A DNA stretch of 64,000 bases, taken from Candidatus Saccharimonadales bacterium. Lineage in GTDB: Bacteria; Patescibacteriota; Saccharimonadia; Saccharimonadales; Saccharimonadaceae. The notes beneath the pieces were generated by a model. The model saw nothing but the letters and a program-made list of their open reading frames with translations. It did no database searches and had not been told where the DNA came from. Both the position numbers and the translations under genes were made by a program. Positions 8,781 to 18,806 of this stretch are shown piece by piece; position 1 is the stretch's first letter; each line of letters opens with the position of its first letter. The stretch is from assembly GCA_035317825.1 (NCBI GenBank), contig DATHGB010000027.1, positions 19,579 through 83,578 of the forward strand, given 5' to 3'.

Positions 8781-9605
8781 ATGAGTATTACAAAAGCAAT
8801 TATTCCAGTGGCTGGTTGGGGATCGCGAATGCTTCCAATCACCAAAGCAATCGAAAAATGTATGTTACCTGTCGGCACCCGTCCAGTGATCGATTATATC
8901 GTGCAAGACGTGCTGGCGGCCGGCATCAAAGACATTTATTTTGTGGTTGGCGAGCAGAGCGCGCAAATTCAAAGTTACTACCGGACGAATATTCCACTTG
9001 ACGACTATCTCAAGCGTCAAGGTAAACAAGACAAACTGTCCCTTACTGGGCCTCTGATGGGCGTGAATACCCATTTTATTACCCAGCCGAGTACTGGCGG
9101 ATATGGGACGAGCGTACCGGTTGGGGTTGCGAGCGAGTTTATCGGTAAAGACGAGTCAGCCCTAGTAGTCATGGGCGACCAGTTTTTCCACCGTACTGAC
9201 GGAGGCTCGAATGCTGCCGACCTTATTCGTTTAGTCGAAAAAAACGGCGTGACGGCGGGTCTCATCGGAAATCCCGTACCAGAAGAAGCCATTCCGAAAT
9301 TTGGAATAATCGAAAAAGACAGCCACGATAATTTTGTACGTATCGTTGAAAAGCCTTCCCTTGAAGAAGCGCCAAGTAATCTCAACAACTCGAGTTTTTA
9401 TATATTTGATAAAGAGATTTTTGAACTGGCTAAAATACTTCCTGCCAATCCTCAACGGAATGAGTTTGAAATTACCGATGCTATTAACGCATACGTAGCT
9501 AGTGGTAAACGAATCATCGTCGGCACGGCTGAGGGCGAATATTTAGACTGTGGCAGTCCTGACGGATGGCTACACGCGAACAGAGTTATCCTAAACGACA
9601 TCTAG
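8781..9605 (+). CDS. galU: UTP--glucose-1-phosphate uridylyltransferase
   Basis: 'AIIPVAGWGSRMLPITKAIEKCMLPV' nucleotidyltransferase N-terminus. ATG at 8781 inside ORF 8706-9605. Confidence 0.85.
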   Translation: MSITKAIIPVAGWGSRMLPITKAIEKCMLPVGTRPVIDYIVQDVLAAGIKDIYFVVGEQSAQIQSYYRTNIPLDDYLKRQGKQDKLSLTGPLMGVNTHFITQPSTGGYGTSVPVGVASEFIGKDESALVVMGDQFFHRTDGGSNAADLIRLVEKNGVTAGLIGNPVPEEAIPKFGIIEKDSHDNFVRIVEKPSLEEAPSNLNNSSFYIFDKEIFELAKILPANPQRNEFEITDAINAYVASGKRIIVGTAEGEYLDCGSPDGWLHANRVILNDI

Positions 9606-9669
9606 CGCCTTTACACAGAGGCTCGTATCTGTTACAATGGGCAAGATTGATAAATAATAAAGGAATCAT

Positions 9670-9978
9670 ATGACAAAAGCAGTCGTTAAGATCGGTGGCA
9701 AACAATTTGTTGTTGCCGAAAAAGAGACCCTTCTGGTGGACCTCCTCCAAGAAGGCACTAAAGAGCTCACGCTTGATGCACTGTTGGTTATTGATGGTGA
9801 TAAAACCACTGTCGGCACACCAACGGTAAAAGGTGTGGTCGTAAAAGCCAAAGTTGTCGACGACAAAGTCGCTGGCGAAAAAATACGGATTATTCGCTAC
9901 AAATCTAAAAAGCGCGTACACAAAGAGAGCGGACACCGCCAAAAGTACAGCAAAGTCGAAATTACTTCGATCAAATAA
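9670..9978 (+). CDS. rplU: 50S ribosomal protein L21
   Basis: 102 aa, 'AVVKIGGKQFVVAEKETLLVD', 'RYKSKKRVHKESGHRQ'. AAAGGA RBS. Confidence 0.95.
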   Translation: MTKAVVKIGGKQFVVAEKETLLVDLLQEGTKELTLDALLVIDGDKTTVGTPTVKGVVVKAKVVDDKVAGEKIRIIRYKSKKRVHKESGHRQKYSKVEITSIK

Positions 9979-9987
9979 ACCCCTAAG

Positions 9988-10012
9988 ACCTCGTAGAAAT
10001 ACGAGGTTTTTT
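9988..10012 (+). terminator. intrinsic terminator after rplU
   Basis: ACCTCGTA-GAAA-TACGAGGT followed by TTTTT. Confidence 0.8.
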
Positions 10013-10062
10013 GATGGCGCTCGTGCTACAATAGGGTAAAGAAGAAGAGGGAAAATAGACAC

Positions 10063-10827
10063 GTGGCGACAGTCATTTCAGTAACCAATCAGAAGGGTGG
10101 TGTAGGCAAAACGACGACTGCCGTTAATATTGCCTATTATCTTGCAAAAAAAGGCCACCGTACGCTTTTAGTCGATTTTGATCCCCAGGGAAATGCAACA
10201 AGCGGCCTGGGCATTGATAAGCAGTCACTTGATGCGACAATGACTGAGGTAATCCTTGAAACGAAAACCATGGCTGAGATCATTATCGAGACTGATCACA
10301 AAAACCTGTTCTTAGCTCCCGCGACATCCCATCTGGCCAATACCGAGGTAGAACTTGCCCAAGCTGGCCGTCGTTTTACCAGGTTACGGAATGCGATTGA
10401 AAACGCGCCAAAATTTGATTTTGTGATTATTGATAGCCCGCCAAGCCTTAGTTTGCTAACGGTGAATGGACTAATTGCCGCAAGGTACGTGCTTTTACCG
10501 GTACAGGCGGAATTTTACGCGCTTGAGGGACTTGGCCAGCTACTCGAAACAATGAAATTAGTACGAAAAAATATGAATCCAACACTCGATCTTTTAGGAG
10601 TGCTTCCCACGATGGTGGATGGCCGAACGACGCTTAGCGGTCAGGTTCACGAAGAAATTAAAAAACATTTCCCTGGCAAAGTATTCAAAAATACGATTCC
10701 GCGAAATATCCGACTGGCCGAAGCGCCGAGCCATGGACTGCCGGTTGGCGCATACGACAAATTTTCTAAAGGCGCGCGGGCATACAAGGCCGTCACGAAA
10801 GAGGTGCTAGAGCGTGTCGGTGAATAA
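10063..10827 (+). CDS. parA: chromosome-partitioning ATPase ParA/Soj
   Basis: GTG start. Deviant Walker A 'NQKGGVGKTTT', 'DSPPS'. Confidence 0.9.
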   Translation: MATVISVTNQKGGVGKTTTAVNIAYYLAKKGHRTLLVDFDPQGNATSGLGIDKQSLDATMTEVILETKTMAEIIIETDHKNLFLAPATSHLANTEVELAQAGRRFTRLRNAIENAPKFDFVIIDSPPSLSLLTVNGLIAARYVLLPVQAEFYALEGLGQLLETMKLVRKNMNPTLDLLGVLPTMVDGRTTLSGQVHEEIKKHFPGKVFKNTIPRNIRLAEAPSHGLPVGAYDKFSKGARAYKAVTKEVLERVGE

Positions 10828-10842
10828 TAACGGAGGAGCAAG

Positions 10843-11727
10843 ATGAGCGTTAAAAAAGGTTTGGGCCGTAGTTTTGATTCGTTAATTCCAACGGAACTTT
10901 TGGACGAGTCATTTGACCCAACATCAACGCAGGACGATCAGGTAAGTGATCTGCGCCACATTAAATTAACCGAGATTACGGCTGATGCTGACCAGCCGCG
11001 CCGGCATTTTGACGAAACGGCGCTAGACGAGCTGGCCGCGTCTATTAAAGAGCACGGAATCGTGCAGCCTATTGTCGTGACACCACAAGGTGGCGGGTAT
11101 CAAATTGTTGCTGGCGAACGCCGTTTTAGGGCTGCTAAAAAGGCGGGACTTGATAAAATCCCGGCGCTCGTGCGAACACTGACAAATCAGCACAAATTAG
11201 AGTTGTCGTTGATTGAAAACTTGCAGCGCCGTGATTTGAACGTACTTGAAACAGCGACAGCATACTTAAAACTTCGCGACCAGTTCAACTTAACGCTTGA
11301 TCAAATTGGCGCGCGTGTCGGTGGTAAATCAGTCAGCACTATTAGTAATACGCTGCGTCTGTTGCGTTTGCCTGAGTCGGTCAAACAGGCACTTGCTGAT
11401 GGGAGACTCCGCGAAGGTCAGGCGAGGCCGCTTGTTAATATTGATCCTGAAATTATCGAGGGTATTCTTCCTCAAATCCTCAAAGAAGAATGGAGTGCAA
11501 GGAAGATCGAGCAGTATATCGTTCAATTGAAAAAGCACAACCAAAACCCGATTGAGTCGAAGCCAAAGGTAACGCACGTACCTTACGAAGATGACACTAA
11601 CCGGCTGACGAAGCGTCTAAGGACTGATGTCAGCGTCAAGACGAATGCCAAAGGTGCCGGCCAAATCATTATCCGATTTAAGAGCGATAGCGAATTTCAA
11701 CGCCTCCAAAAGCTACTTGATAAATAA
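10843..11727 (+). CDS. parB: chromosome-partitioning protein ParB/Spo0J
   Basis: 'QPRRHFDE', 'GIVQPIVV', 'IVAGERRFRAAK', HTH 'TLDQIGARVGGKSVSTISNTLRLL'. Confidence 0.9.
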   Translation: MSVKKGLGRSFDSLIPTELLDESFDPTSTQDDQVSDLRHIKLTEITADADQPRRHFDETALDELAASIKEHGIVQPIVVTPQGGGYQIVAGERRFRAAKKAGLDKIPALVRTLTNQHKLELSLIENLQRRDLNVLETATAYLKLRDQFNLTLDQIGARVGGKSVSTISNTLRLLRLPESVKQALADGRLREGQARPLVNIDPEIIEGILPQILKEEWSARKIEQYIVQLKKHNQNPIESKPKVTHVPYEDDTNRLTKRLRTDVSVKTNAKGAGQIIIRFKSDSEFQRLQKLLDK

Positions 11728-11730
11728 TAC

Positions 11731-12330
11731 CTAGAACGTTCGAATTTTGTTGAACGGGTAGATACGTATGCCGACAGGCCCAATAATGTCGTAGTAAGGA
11801 ATAAGTCCTAGCCCACTACGCGAGTCGAATGAATAGTCACCTTGACGGTGGTCACCTGATACGAACAACGCGCCGGCAGTTACTGTCGTATCAACGTCGC
11901 CGCTAGTGGGCGAGCCAGGTTCGCCGTGATTAGCGTCATCTGGGTGGAATCCATTAGGAAATTCTTTATTATATACGGTAAGGATGCCGTTTTTGACGGT
12001 GACGCGCTCGCCAGGAAAGGCAATCACGCGTTTTACGATATACTCGTCTTCTGACCCAGGACTATAGTGAGGGTTTTTGAATACGATAACTTGTCCCCGA
12101 CCAGGGATATATTCCTTATTTTGAAGTTGTGACCACGTAACAGGCAGGCGATTGATGATTAAACGGTCGCCTGTATAGAGTGTTTTTTCCATGCTCGGAC
12201 CAAGCACGTTAAAACTTCGAAAAATAAACGTATTGATGAGCAGCGTTCCTACAAGAACACAGATGATGAATACGACAATTCCGATAATATCTTTGAGGTG
12301 AGGATGTCGTTGTAAGAAAGTTGCTTCCAT
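11731..12330 (-). CDS. lepB: signal peptidase I
   Basis: N-terminal TM, 'GPSMEKTL' (catalytic Ser), 'KRVIAFPGE' (Lys box), 'GDHRQGDYSFDSR'. Confidence 0.9.
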   Translation of the reverse strand: MEATFLQRHPHLKDIIGIVVFIICVLVGTLLINTFIFRSFNVLGPSMEKTLYTGDRLIINRLPVTWSQLQNKEYIPGRGQVIVFKNPHYSPGSEDEYIVKRVIAFPGERVTVKNGILTVYNKEFPNGFHPDDANHGEPGSPTSGDVDTTVTAGALFVSGDHRQGDYSFDSRSGLGLIPYYDIIGPVGIRIYPFNKIRTF

Positions 12331-12432
12331 GACTTCTTACTATACAGTGTTTTTTATTTTGGTGAAAGCAAACTAGTTACGTTTTTTCACTTAAAAAAAA
12401 CGCGCTTATCGTTTATAGTAGAGTGAGTATTT

Positions 12433-14076
12433 ATGACAAATAGAAGACCATCCATGGACGGATTTATTCCGCGACGATCAGGAAGCCAGCTGGGAGACCA
12501 GCATTCTAATAAAAATAGGCCAGAAACGCCACCTACTGGTCTTCGGCCCGTAGATGCGACTCCCAGGGAAGTGCCGACTGTTATTCAGCGCAGCCAGCTT
12601 GGTATCGCCAAATCTGATATTGACGAATCTCTTCGTGGAATCGATGAACCTACCGAGACAAGACGCGGCAAAAAACGCCGCGTCAAAGGAGCGACGAGTA
12701 AAAAACGCCGTATTATCAAGTGGATTATTATTTTGATCGTCGTTGCGATAGCCGGTGTTGGTGGCTGGCTGGCATATAAAACGCTTACTGCCGGAGGAAA
12801 CGTATTCAAGGGGAGTCTGCTGGGGCTTGTTCAAAACCAGCCTCTTAAACAAGACGCTAACGGGCGAAGCAATATCTTGGTCTTAGGAACATCCGAGGAT
12901 GATCCTGGCCATCAAGGCGCCAACCTAACGGATTCGATCATGATCGTCAGCATTGATCAAAAGAACAAAAACGCCTACATGATCAGCGTTCCACGTGACC
13001 TCGAAGTACAATACGGCGAGATGTGCGTGCCTGGTTCCAGGGGTAAAATAAACGTTTACTTTAGTTGTGTCGGCGGTGGAACGGATGATATCGAAGCAAC
13101 GAGAACCGCTTTAACGAAAACCGCAGGATTTGTCGGGGATATATTTGGTCTGGACATTCAGTACGGCGTAAACGTGAACTATACGGTGATGCGCGAACTC
13201 GTGTCCGCGCTGGGTGGAATTACCGTTACGATTGAAAGCCGTGACCCACGAGGACAGATGGATGCTAACTTTGACTGGAAGTGTGGAGTAGGTGACTGGA
13301 AAGTAAGTCGTGCTGAACAATTACGACGCTGTCCTCCTGCTGGCCACTTCATCGATTATCCTAATGGACCAGTTAATCTTGATGCCGAGCATGCGCTCTA
13401 CCTTGCGCAGGCTCGCGGGGACGCACTTAATTATGGGTTTGAGCAGTCAAACTTTGACCGTGAGAAAAACCAGCAAAAAATCGTGAAAGCGATTCGTGAA
13501 AAGGCCATGAGTGCCGGCGTTCTTACGAACCTTAGCAAAGTATCAGGTATCATTGACGCGCTTGGCAATAACCTACGGACAACTTTTGAAGCGAGTGAAG
13601 TTCAGACACTCGTGTCGCTTGCAAAAGATATCAAAGACCAAGATATCAAATCAATTAGCTTGATCGATGAGGATGGTGATAACCCTCCTGTCATGAATGG
13701 AAATGCGCAGCCGGCTCTCGGTATGTACCAGTACGACGATATTCGCGCGCTTATTAAAAAGAAATTAAGCTCTGATCCAATCACTCAGGAAGAAGCCAAC
13801 GTTGTTGTGCTTAATGGTTCTGGCGTTGCGGGCGTAGCCGCTACCGAATCCGAAAAACTTACTAGCCAAGGATTTATCGTAAGCGGAATGGATAATGCGC
13901 CGGAAGGTACGTACGCTGATGTTGAGGTGTATCAAATTGGTACGGGCAAAACCGCAACGAAAGCCAAGCTAGCATCTGTCTTTGGCGTGAAGGTCAAGAC
14001 GACCGCTCCGCCGGTGGCCGTGGCCGAAGGCACGAATTTCGTGGTTATATTCGGCAAAGCTCGCGCCGCAAATTAA
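12433..14076 (+). CDS. LytR-CpsA-Psr (LCP) family cell-wall glycopolymer transferase with LytR_C-like tail
   Basis: Basic N-terminus plus TM, 'NILVLGTSEDDP..LTDSIMIVSID', 'DYPNGPVNLDAEHALYLAQAR'. C-terminal 'VVVLNGSGVAGVAA' domain. Confidence 0.85.
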   Translation: MTNRRPSMDGFIPRRSGSQLGDQHSNKNRPETPPTGLRPVDATPREVPTVIQRSQLGIAKSDIDESLRGIDEPTETRRGKKRRVKGATSKKRRIIKWIIILIVVAIAGVGGWLAYKTLTAGGNVFKGSLLGLVQNQPLKQDANGRSNILVLGTSEDDPGHQGANLTDSIMIVSIDQKNKNAYMISVPRDLEVQYGEMCVPGSRGKINVYFSCVGGGTDDIEATRTALTKTAGFVGDIFGLDIQYGVNVNYTVMRELVSALGGITVTIESRDPRGQMDANFDWKCGVGDWKVSRAEQLRRCPPAGHFIDYPNGPVNLDAEHALYLAQARGDALNYGFEQSNFDREKNQQKIVKAIREKAMSAGVLTNLSKVSGIIDALGNNLRTTFEASEVQTLVSLAKDIKDQDIKSISLIDEDGDNPPVMNGNAQPALGMYQYDDIRALIKKKLSSDPITQEEANVVVLNGSGVAGVAATESEKLTSQGFIVSGMDNAPEGTYADVEVYQIGTGKTATKAKLASVFGVKVKTTAPPVAVAEGTNFVVIFGKARAAN

Positions 14077-14107
14077 TACAAGTTAGTGGTATAATTAAAA
14101 ACAGATT

Positions 14108-14887
14108 ATGGAGTTTTTAAAGTCATCAAAGCGGCGTTCGCTGTTTAGCGAGCTGATATATATTGTCTTAAATGTCGCCTTAGCCGTTGGCGTGTTGGCG
14201 TTAGTAGTCGCGATTGAATCACCGATTCCAGCTTTTGCGCTCATCCTCTTGAGTAAATGGCGCGTTTTTGCCGTCCGGCCTAGATATTGGCTCGCTCATG
14301 CCCAGGCAAATCTAGTCGATATTATCGTGAGTGTGAGCATGATCGTTTTGCTATACGCGGCAAGCGGCGCGCTATACGCGCAGATTGCCCTAGCAGCATT
14401 GTATCTTGTGTGGCTTTTATTCATCAAGCCTCGGTCCAAACGCATTTTTATCGCCGTTCAAGCCGGAGCTGCAACCTTCCTAGGCGTTACGGCGATCATG
14501 GCCGTTTCATATGATTGGATTGCATCGGTTGTCGTTGTGCTGATGTGGGTGCTCGGATATGCTTCGGCGCGTCACGTACTTAGCAGTCACGAAGAAGTGC
14601 ATGGGTCTTTTTATAGCTTGGTTTGGGGACTGGTTGTTGCTGAAATCGGATGGCTGACGTATCACTGGACGTTCGCGTACACTATTCCTGGATTCGGTGA
14701 CCTGAAATTATCACAGGCAGCATTGATTACCCTGGCAATCAGCTTTCTGGCTGAAAGAGCCTATAGCAGCTTTGCAAAAAATGGCGTTATTCGTTCTGGC
14801 GACATTATCCTACCAGCATTGCTATCCGGTAGCGTCATCTTAATTCTTATTGTTTTCTTTAATACGTTAGGTATCGGATCACTTTAA
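14108..14887 (+). CDS. polytopic membrane protein, unknown function
   Basis: 259 aa, about 7 hydrophobic helices. TGGTATAAT box 12 nt upstream. No recognised family. Confidence 0.6.
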   Translation: MEFLKSSKRRSLFSELIYIVLNVALAVGVLALVVAIESPIPAFALILLSKWRVFAVRPRYWLAHAQANLVDIIVSVSMIVLLYAASGALYAQIALAALYLVWLLFIKPRSKRIFIAVQAGAATFLGVTAIMAVSYDWIASVVVVLMWVLGYASARHVLSSHEEVHGSFYSLVWGLVVAEIGWLTYHWTFAYTIPGFGDLKLSQAALITLAISFLAERAYSSFAKNGVIRSGDIILPALLSGSVILILIVFFNTLGIGSL

Positions 14888-14926
14888 GCTGGGCCTAAGC
14901 CCAAGGAGATAATCTAAGACAAGCTT

Positions 14927-16117
14927 ATGGATACAAACGACAACACACCAGAGAACGAAGTTACAGAAAAAACCGTTACTGCTACGTCAGTGAAATCTCG
15001 GCGCACACGAATTATTACCGCTGCAATTTTTGCGGTTATTATCGTTATCGTCATAGTAATCGCGATCTTTTTTAATCAGATAGAGCAGACCCTAAAGAAT
15101 AACAACGCTATTACTAACCGCGAAACGACTCAGAACGACGGCAACAAGACGGTTACCCAGGAAGAAGAAGACATTGCGAGTGTCGTATCAAAGGTATCGC
15201 CAAGCGTTGTATCCGTTTTGACAAAATCACAAGGAGCTTCAACGTTCGGGACGACCGAGCAAGAGGGCGCGGGTACGGGTATCATTGTTGGTAAAGACGG
15301 CTATATTTTGACGAATAAGCACGTTGTCGACGGGGCAAATACGGTAAGCGTTGTCCTTTCGGACGGGACAAGCTACGATAACGTTAAAGTACTCGGTACT
15401 GACCCTTTGAATGACGTCGCTTTTCTAAAAGTTCCGGACGTGAAGGATCTGCCGGTTGCTGAACTCGGCGACTCGACCTCAATTCGGGTCGGTCAAAAAG
15501 TAATTGCCATCGGTAACTCGCTTGGCCAATATCAAAATACTGTCACAAGTGGAATTATTTCCGGTACGGGAAGGCCAATTTCGGCGCAATCCGGACAAAC
15601 AGTCGAAAGCCTCACCGACCTTATTCAAACTGACGCGGCAATCAACCCAGGTAACTCGGGAGGCCCGCTCCTTAATCTCCAGGGCCAGGTGATTGGGATA
15701 AATACCGCAATTATCGAGGACGCGCAGGGGATTGGTTTTGCGATTCCAATTAGCTCGACAAAAGGCATACTAAAGGGCGTGTTGGCTGGCAAAAGCGTGG
15801 AACGTGCCTACCTGGGAGTGAGCTATATTCCTATTACGGCGGACGTTGCCAAGCAGTATAGTCTTTCGGTGAAAAAAGGTGCATACGTTTTCTCGAGTAG
15901 TGGTACGACTGCCGTCGTAGCGGGCAGTCCAGCTGAAAAAGCCGGACTTAAGGACAAAGATATTATTACCAAGGTAGGAGACATCGAAGTAGGTGATCGT
16001 GGCAGTATATCTACCTTGGTGGCGGAATATGCGCCTGGTGACACTATCCAGCTGACTGTTCTACGTGGCGGCCAAACAATAAACGTCAAAGTCACGCTCG
16101 CTGCATACAAAAGCTAA
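14927..16117 (+). CDS. htrA: HtrA/DegP-family serine protease with PDZ domain
   Basis: TM anchor, 'LTNKHVV' (His), 'DVAFLKV' (Asp), 'GNSGGPL' (Ser), C-terminal PDZ ('PAEKAGLKDKDIITKVGD'). Confidence 0.9.
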   Translation: MDTNDNTPENEVTEKTVTATSVKSRRTRIITAAIFAVIIVIVIVIAIFFNQIEQTLKNNNAITNRETTQNDGNKTVTQEEEDIASVVSKVSPSVVSVLTKSQGASTFGTTEQEGAGTGIIVGKDGYILTNKHVVDGANTVSVVLSDGTSYDNVKVLGTDPLNDVAFLKVPDVKDLPVAELGDSTSIRVGQKVIAIGNSLGQYQNTVTSGIISGTGRPISAQSGQTVESLTDLIQTDAAINPGNSGGPLLNLQGQVIGINTAIIEDAQGIGFAIPISSTKGILKGVLAGKSVERAYLGVSYIPITADVAKQYSLSVKKGAYVFSSSGTTAVVAGSPAEKAGLKDKDIITKVGDIEVGDRGSISTLVAEYAPGDTIQLTVLRGGQTINVKVTLAAYKS

Positions 16118-16968
16118 GTTTTCTGCAAGCTAACGATAAATCCTCGGATAACGTTCTTTGAGAAGCCGTACTTTCGGGCGAACGCGATGATTGCTTCATG
16201 CTGACGTGGATCGGCCTCAAGCAAAAGGTAGCCGTTTGCCTGTAGTTTATCAGAGGTTTGACCGATAAGCTTTTTAATCAGTTGAAGGCCGTTGTCTTCT
16301 GCGAAAAGTGCCTCGGCTGGTTCCTGATTCGTTTCGGGTGAACGTTCCCATGACGGATCAACGTAGGGAAGATTGGCCAAAATGATATCGGCTGACAGGA
16401 AATATTTTGATAAAAGATCGCTTTGTACGATGTGCACGTTAGCGTGGAGCAATGTCGCGTTTTGTTTAGCAATGTTCAGGGCATGGCGGCTGACGTCGAG
16501 GAGGGTAACGTCAAGTTCAGGGTGCTCAAGTTTGGCGGTGATTCCTAAAATACCACTCCCGGTACCAACGTCAACCAATCGTCTACCGGATTTTGGCAAG
16601 AATGCTTGAGTGTTTGGCATAATTTCGTTTAGCAGGGTAATCATATCTTCAGATTCGGGCCGTGGAATAAGCGTGGCAGGAGTCACCTTGAAGGGTCGCC
16701 CATAAAATTCTTTGTGACCAATGATATAAGCGATAGGTGTTCTATCAAGCCGCAAATCAAGGCGAGCCTCGGCAATTTCGTACTCGCGGGATGACAGTTG
16801 ATCCTCGTCGTGTGCATGTAGATGCGTTCGAGGTTTGCGCAGCGTATGCGCCAAAATTATTTCAGCGTCTAATTTAGCAGTTCCGATTCCCACGCCAACT
16901 AACCTAATAGTAGCTTGGTCAAGCCACTCTTTAATTAGAGGCGTTTTTGGCTGCGAGTTCACGTTCAT
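16114..16968 (-). CDS. prmC: release-factor glutamine N5-methyltransferase
   Basis: '[10 protein letters not shown]' SAM motif, 'ANLPYV' (NPPY variant). Overlaps the prfA end by 38 nt. Confidence 0.85.
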   Translation of the reverse strand: MNVNSQPKTPLIKEWLDQATIRLVGVGIGTAKLDAEIILAHTLRKPRTHLHAHDEDQLSSREYEIAEARLDLRLDRTPIAYIIGHKEFYGRPFKVTPATLIPRPESEDMITLLNEIMPNTQAFLPKSGRRLVDVGTGSGILGITAKLEHPELDVTLLDVSRHALNIAKQNATLLHANVHIVQSDLLSKYFLSADIILANLPYVDPSWERSPETNQEPAEALFAEDNGLQLIKKLIGQTSDKLQANGYLLLEADPRQHEAIIAFARKYGFSKNVIRGFIVSLQKT

Positions 16969-18001
16969 ACGCCTGTAGATGTTCGATTATATCGTCAATT
17001 GCGCCGTTCATAGCCTGAGGAATACCGCTTCGGCTGTAACCGATTCGGTGGTCAGTGATACGGTCCTGGGGGAAGTTGTACGTGCGAATTTTTTCAGAGC
17101 GGTCACCCGATCCAATTAAGCTACGGCGTTCGGCGGCGAGTTTAGACTGTTCAGCGTCAATTTTTTGTTGTAGCAAACGGGCGCGAAGCACGCTCATGGC
17201 CTTGTCTTTGTTTTTAATTTGGGATTTTTCATCCTGGTTAGTCACGACAAGGCCAGTCGGAAGGTGAGTAATACGAACCGCACTGTCGGTTGTGTTAACG
17301 GATTGTCCTCCGTGGCCGCCGGCGCGGTAGACATCGATTTTTAAGTCACCCGCGTTAATTTCAATATCCGTTTCTTCGGCTTCGGGCAGGACGGCAACAG
17401 TAACGGTGCTGGTGTGAATACGGCCCTGTGATTCGGTTGCGGGAACACGCTGTACGCGGTGGACACCGGATTCAAATTTTAACTGCGCGTAGGGCGCATC
17501 ACCCTTAACGGAGAAAACAACTTCTTTGTAGCCGCCAGTATCGTTGGCGCTTTCTGATAGCAGTTCGGTTTTTAAACTATGCGCTTCACAGTAGCGAAGG
17601 TACATGCGGTAAAGTTCAGCGGCAAAAAGGCTTGCTTCGTCGCCACCAGCACCAGCACGAATTTCGATAATAACGTTCTTGTCGTCATTCGGGTCTTTTG
17701 GCGCAAGCATGACAAATAGGTCATCCTCTAACTGGGTGAGTCTTTCTTCGGTTTCGGACACTTCCATTTTGGCAAGCTCTGCCAGCTCGTCACCACCATT
17801 CATAAGTTCTTTAGCCTCGGCTAATTGGCTTTCGAGAGTTTGACGAAGGTTTGCCTGTTCTAGGATTGCTTCAAGTTCGGTGAAGCGTTTATTCTTTTTG
17901 CTATAGTCCGGGTCGCTATATGCCGAAGGGGATGCCAAAAAATCAGCTAGACTAGCTTTTTCTGCGGTGAGGTCGCTGATGTTGAGGCTTATTTTCGGCA
18001 T
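16931..18001 (-). CDS. prfA: peptide chain release factor 1
   Basis: '[12 protein letters not shown]' (PxT tripeptide), '[23 protein letters not shown]' (GGQ). Confidence 0.95.
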   Translation of the reverse strand: MPKISLNISDLTAEKASLADFLASPSAYSDPDYSKKNKRFTELEAILEQANLRQTLESQLAEAKELMNGGDELAELAKMEVSETEERLTQLEDDLFVMLAPKDPNDDKNVIIEIRAGAGGDEASLFAAELYRMYLRYCEAHSLKTELLSESANDTGGYKEVVFSVKGDAPYAQLKFESGVHRVQRVPATESQGRIHTSTVTVAVLPEAEETDIEINAGDLKIDVYRAGGHGGQSVNTTDSAVRITHLPTGLVVTNQDEKSQIKNKDKAMSVLRARLLQQKIDAEQSKLAAERRSLIGSGDRSEKIRTYNFPQDRITDHRIGYSRSGIPQAMNGAIDDIIEHLQAYERELAAKNASN

Positions 18002-18002
18002 A

Positions 18003-18341
18003 TTATTTAGATTGCTTTGCTAGAAGAACGATTCCAATGATTAATCCGGGCAGCCAAGTAAGTATGGCAACCGCACCAAAAAGGAACGTAATGATGTTCA
18101 GGATTGTTTTACCAACGGGCACCTGTTCGAATAATTCTCCTTCGTTGATCTGTGCGCTAAAGAACAGATTCGAGAGGGCACTAATGACAATAGCCGCAAT
18201 AAATAGCGCAGTCGGACCAATAATCAGGGCGAGTGCCAATTTTTTATGGTTTTTCTTCAGTGGTTCGGCAACAACGGTCTTCGCGTATTGCGGTTCGTTT
18301 GGTGGCTGAGTGCTTTGTTGTTGCGGTTCTTGAGGATTCAT
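18003..18341 (-). CDS. small membrane protein (112 aa), unknown function
   Basis: Gln/Pro-rich N-terminus, two TM helices. GGAG RBS and TACAAT box upstream. 1 nt before the prfA start. Confidence 0.55.
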   Translation of the reverse strand: MNPQEPQQQSTQPPNEPQYAKTVVAEPLKKNHKKLALALIIGPTALFIAAIVISALSNLFFSAQINEGELFEQVPVGKTILNIITFLFGAVAILTWLPGLIIGIVLLAKQSK

Positions 18342-18380
18342 GACGATATCTCCACTAAGTTATTACTTTTATTGTAACAA

Positions 18381-18408
18381 AAAGAGGTCGCAACCGTGCG
18401 ACCTCTTT
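18381..18408 (-). terminator. terminator after rpmE (bidirectional-looking)
   Basis: AAAGAGGTCGCA-ACCG-TGCGACCTCTTT, a 12-bp perfect stem flanked by A/T runs. Confidence 0.75.
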
Positions 18409-18420
18409 TATCATACTGCG

Positions 18421-18747
18421 TTATTTTTCAGTATTAGTCTTTTTAGCTTTTTGGGCGCTAGCCTTTTTAGCTTTCGATGCAAGCTGTTCTTTGCGTGCTT
18501 CTGCAGCGGCAAATTTAGCCTTGAATCGGTCAACACGGCCTTCGGTGTCGATAATTTTCTCTTCACCTGTAAAGTACGGGTGAGAAGCTGATGAGATGTG
18601 GACTTTAACGAGTGGGTATTCGTTGCCATCTTCCCATTTAATAGTGTCAGTTGTTTGCGCGGTTGACTGTGTCAAAAAGGCAAACCCGGCCACATCGTCG
18701 CTAAATACGACAGGGCGGTAAGTTGTTGGGTGTATACTGCTTTTCAT
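18421..18747 (-). CDS. rpmE: 50S ribosomal protein L31, type B, with Lys/Ala-rich C-terminal extension
   Basis: '[15 protein letters not shown]', '[10 protein letters not shown]', no CxxC zinc motif. About 35 extra residues ([28 protein letters not shown]..). Confidence 0.9.
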   Translation of the reverse strand: MKSSIHPTTYRPVVFSDDVAGFAFLTQSTAQTTDTIKWEDGNEYPLVKVHISSASHPYFTGEEKIIDTEGRVDRFKAKFAAAEARKEQLASKAKKASAQKAKKTNTEK

Positions 18748-18806
18748 ATCTGAACCATTGTAACCGTTTTTAGGTGAAAAGTCAAAGACGCTGTATCTGT
18801 AAAAGA

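Noticed and set aside
9586-10062. 158-aa minus-strand ORF, and other long antisense ORFs (30690-31178, 32849-33424, 47937-48518, 45782-46238)
   Set aside because: All lie fully inside well-supported genes on the other strand (rplU, DUF2207, pspC-domain, ctpA, ftsX). They have biased shadow-frame composition and no RBS or promoter.
10013-11727. Searched around parAB for parS (TGTTTCACGTGAAACA-like) and DnaA boxes (TTATCCACA) that would indicate oriC
   Set aside because: No convincing match was seen by eye. The closest palindrome (GTTCCACGTGAC at ~12990) matches poorly in the flanks. I cannot exclude degenerate sites without a scan.
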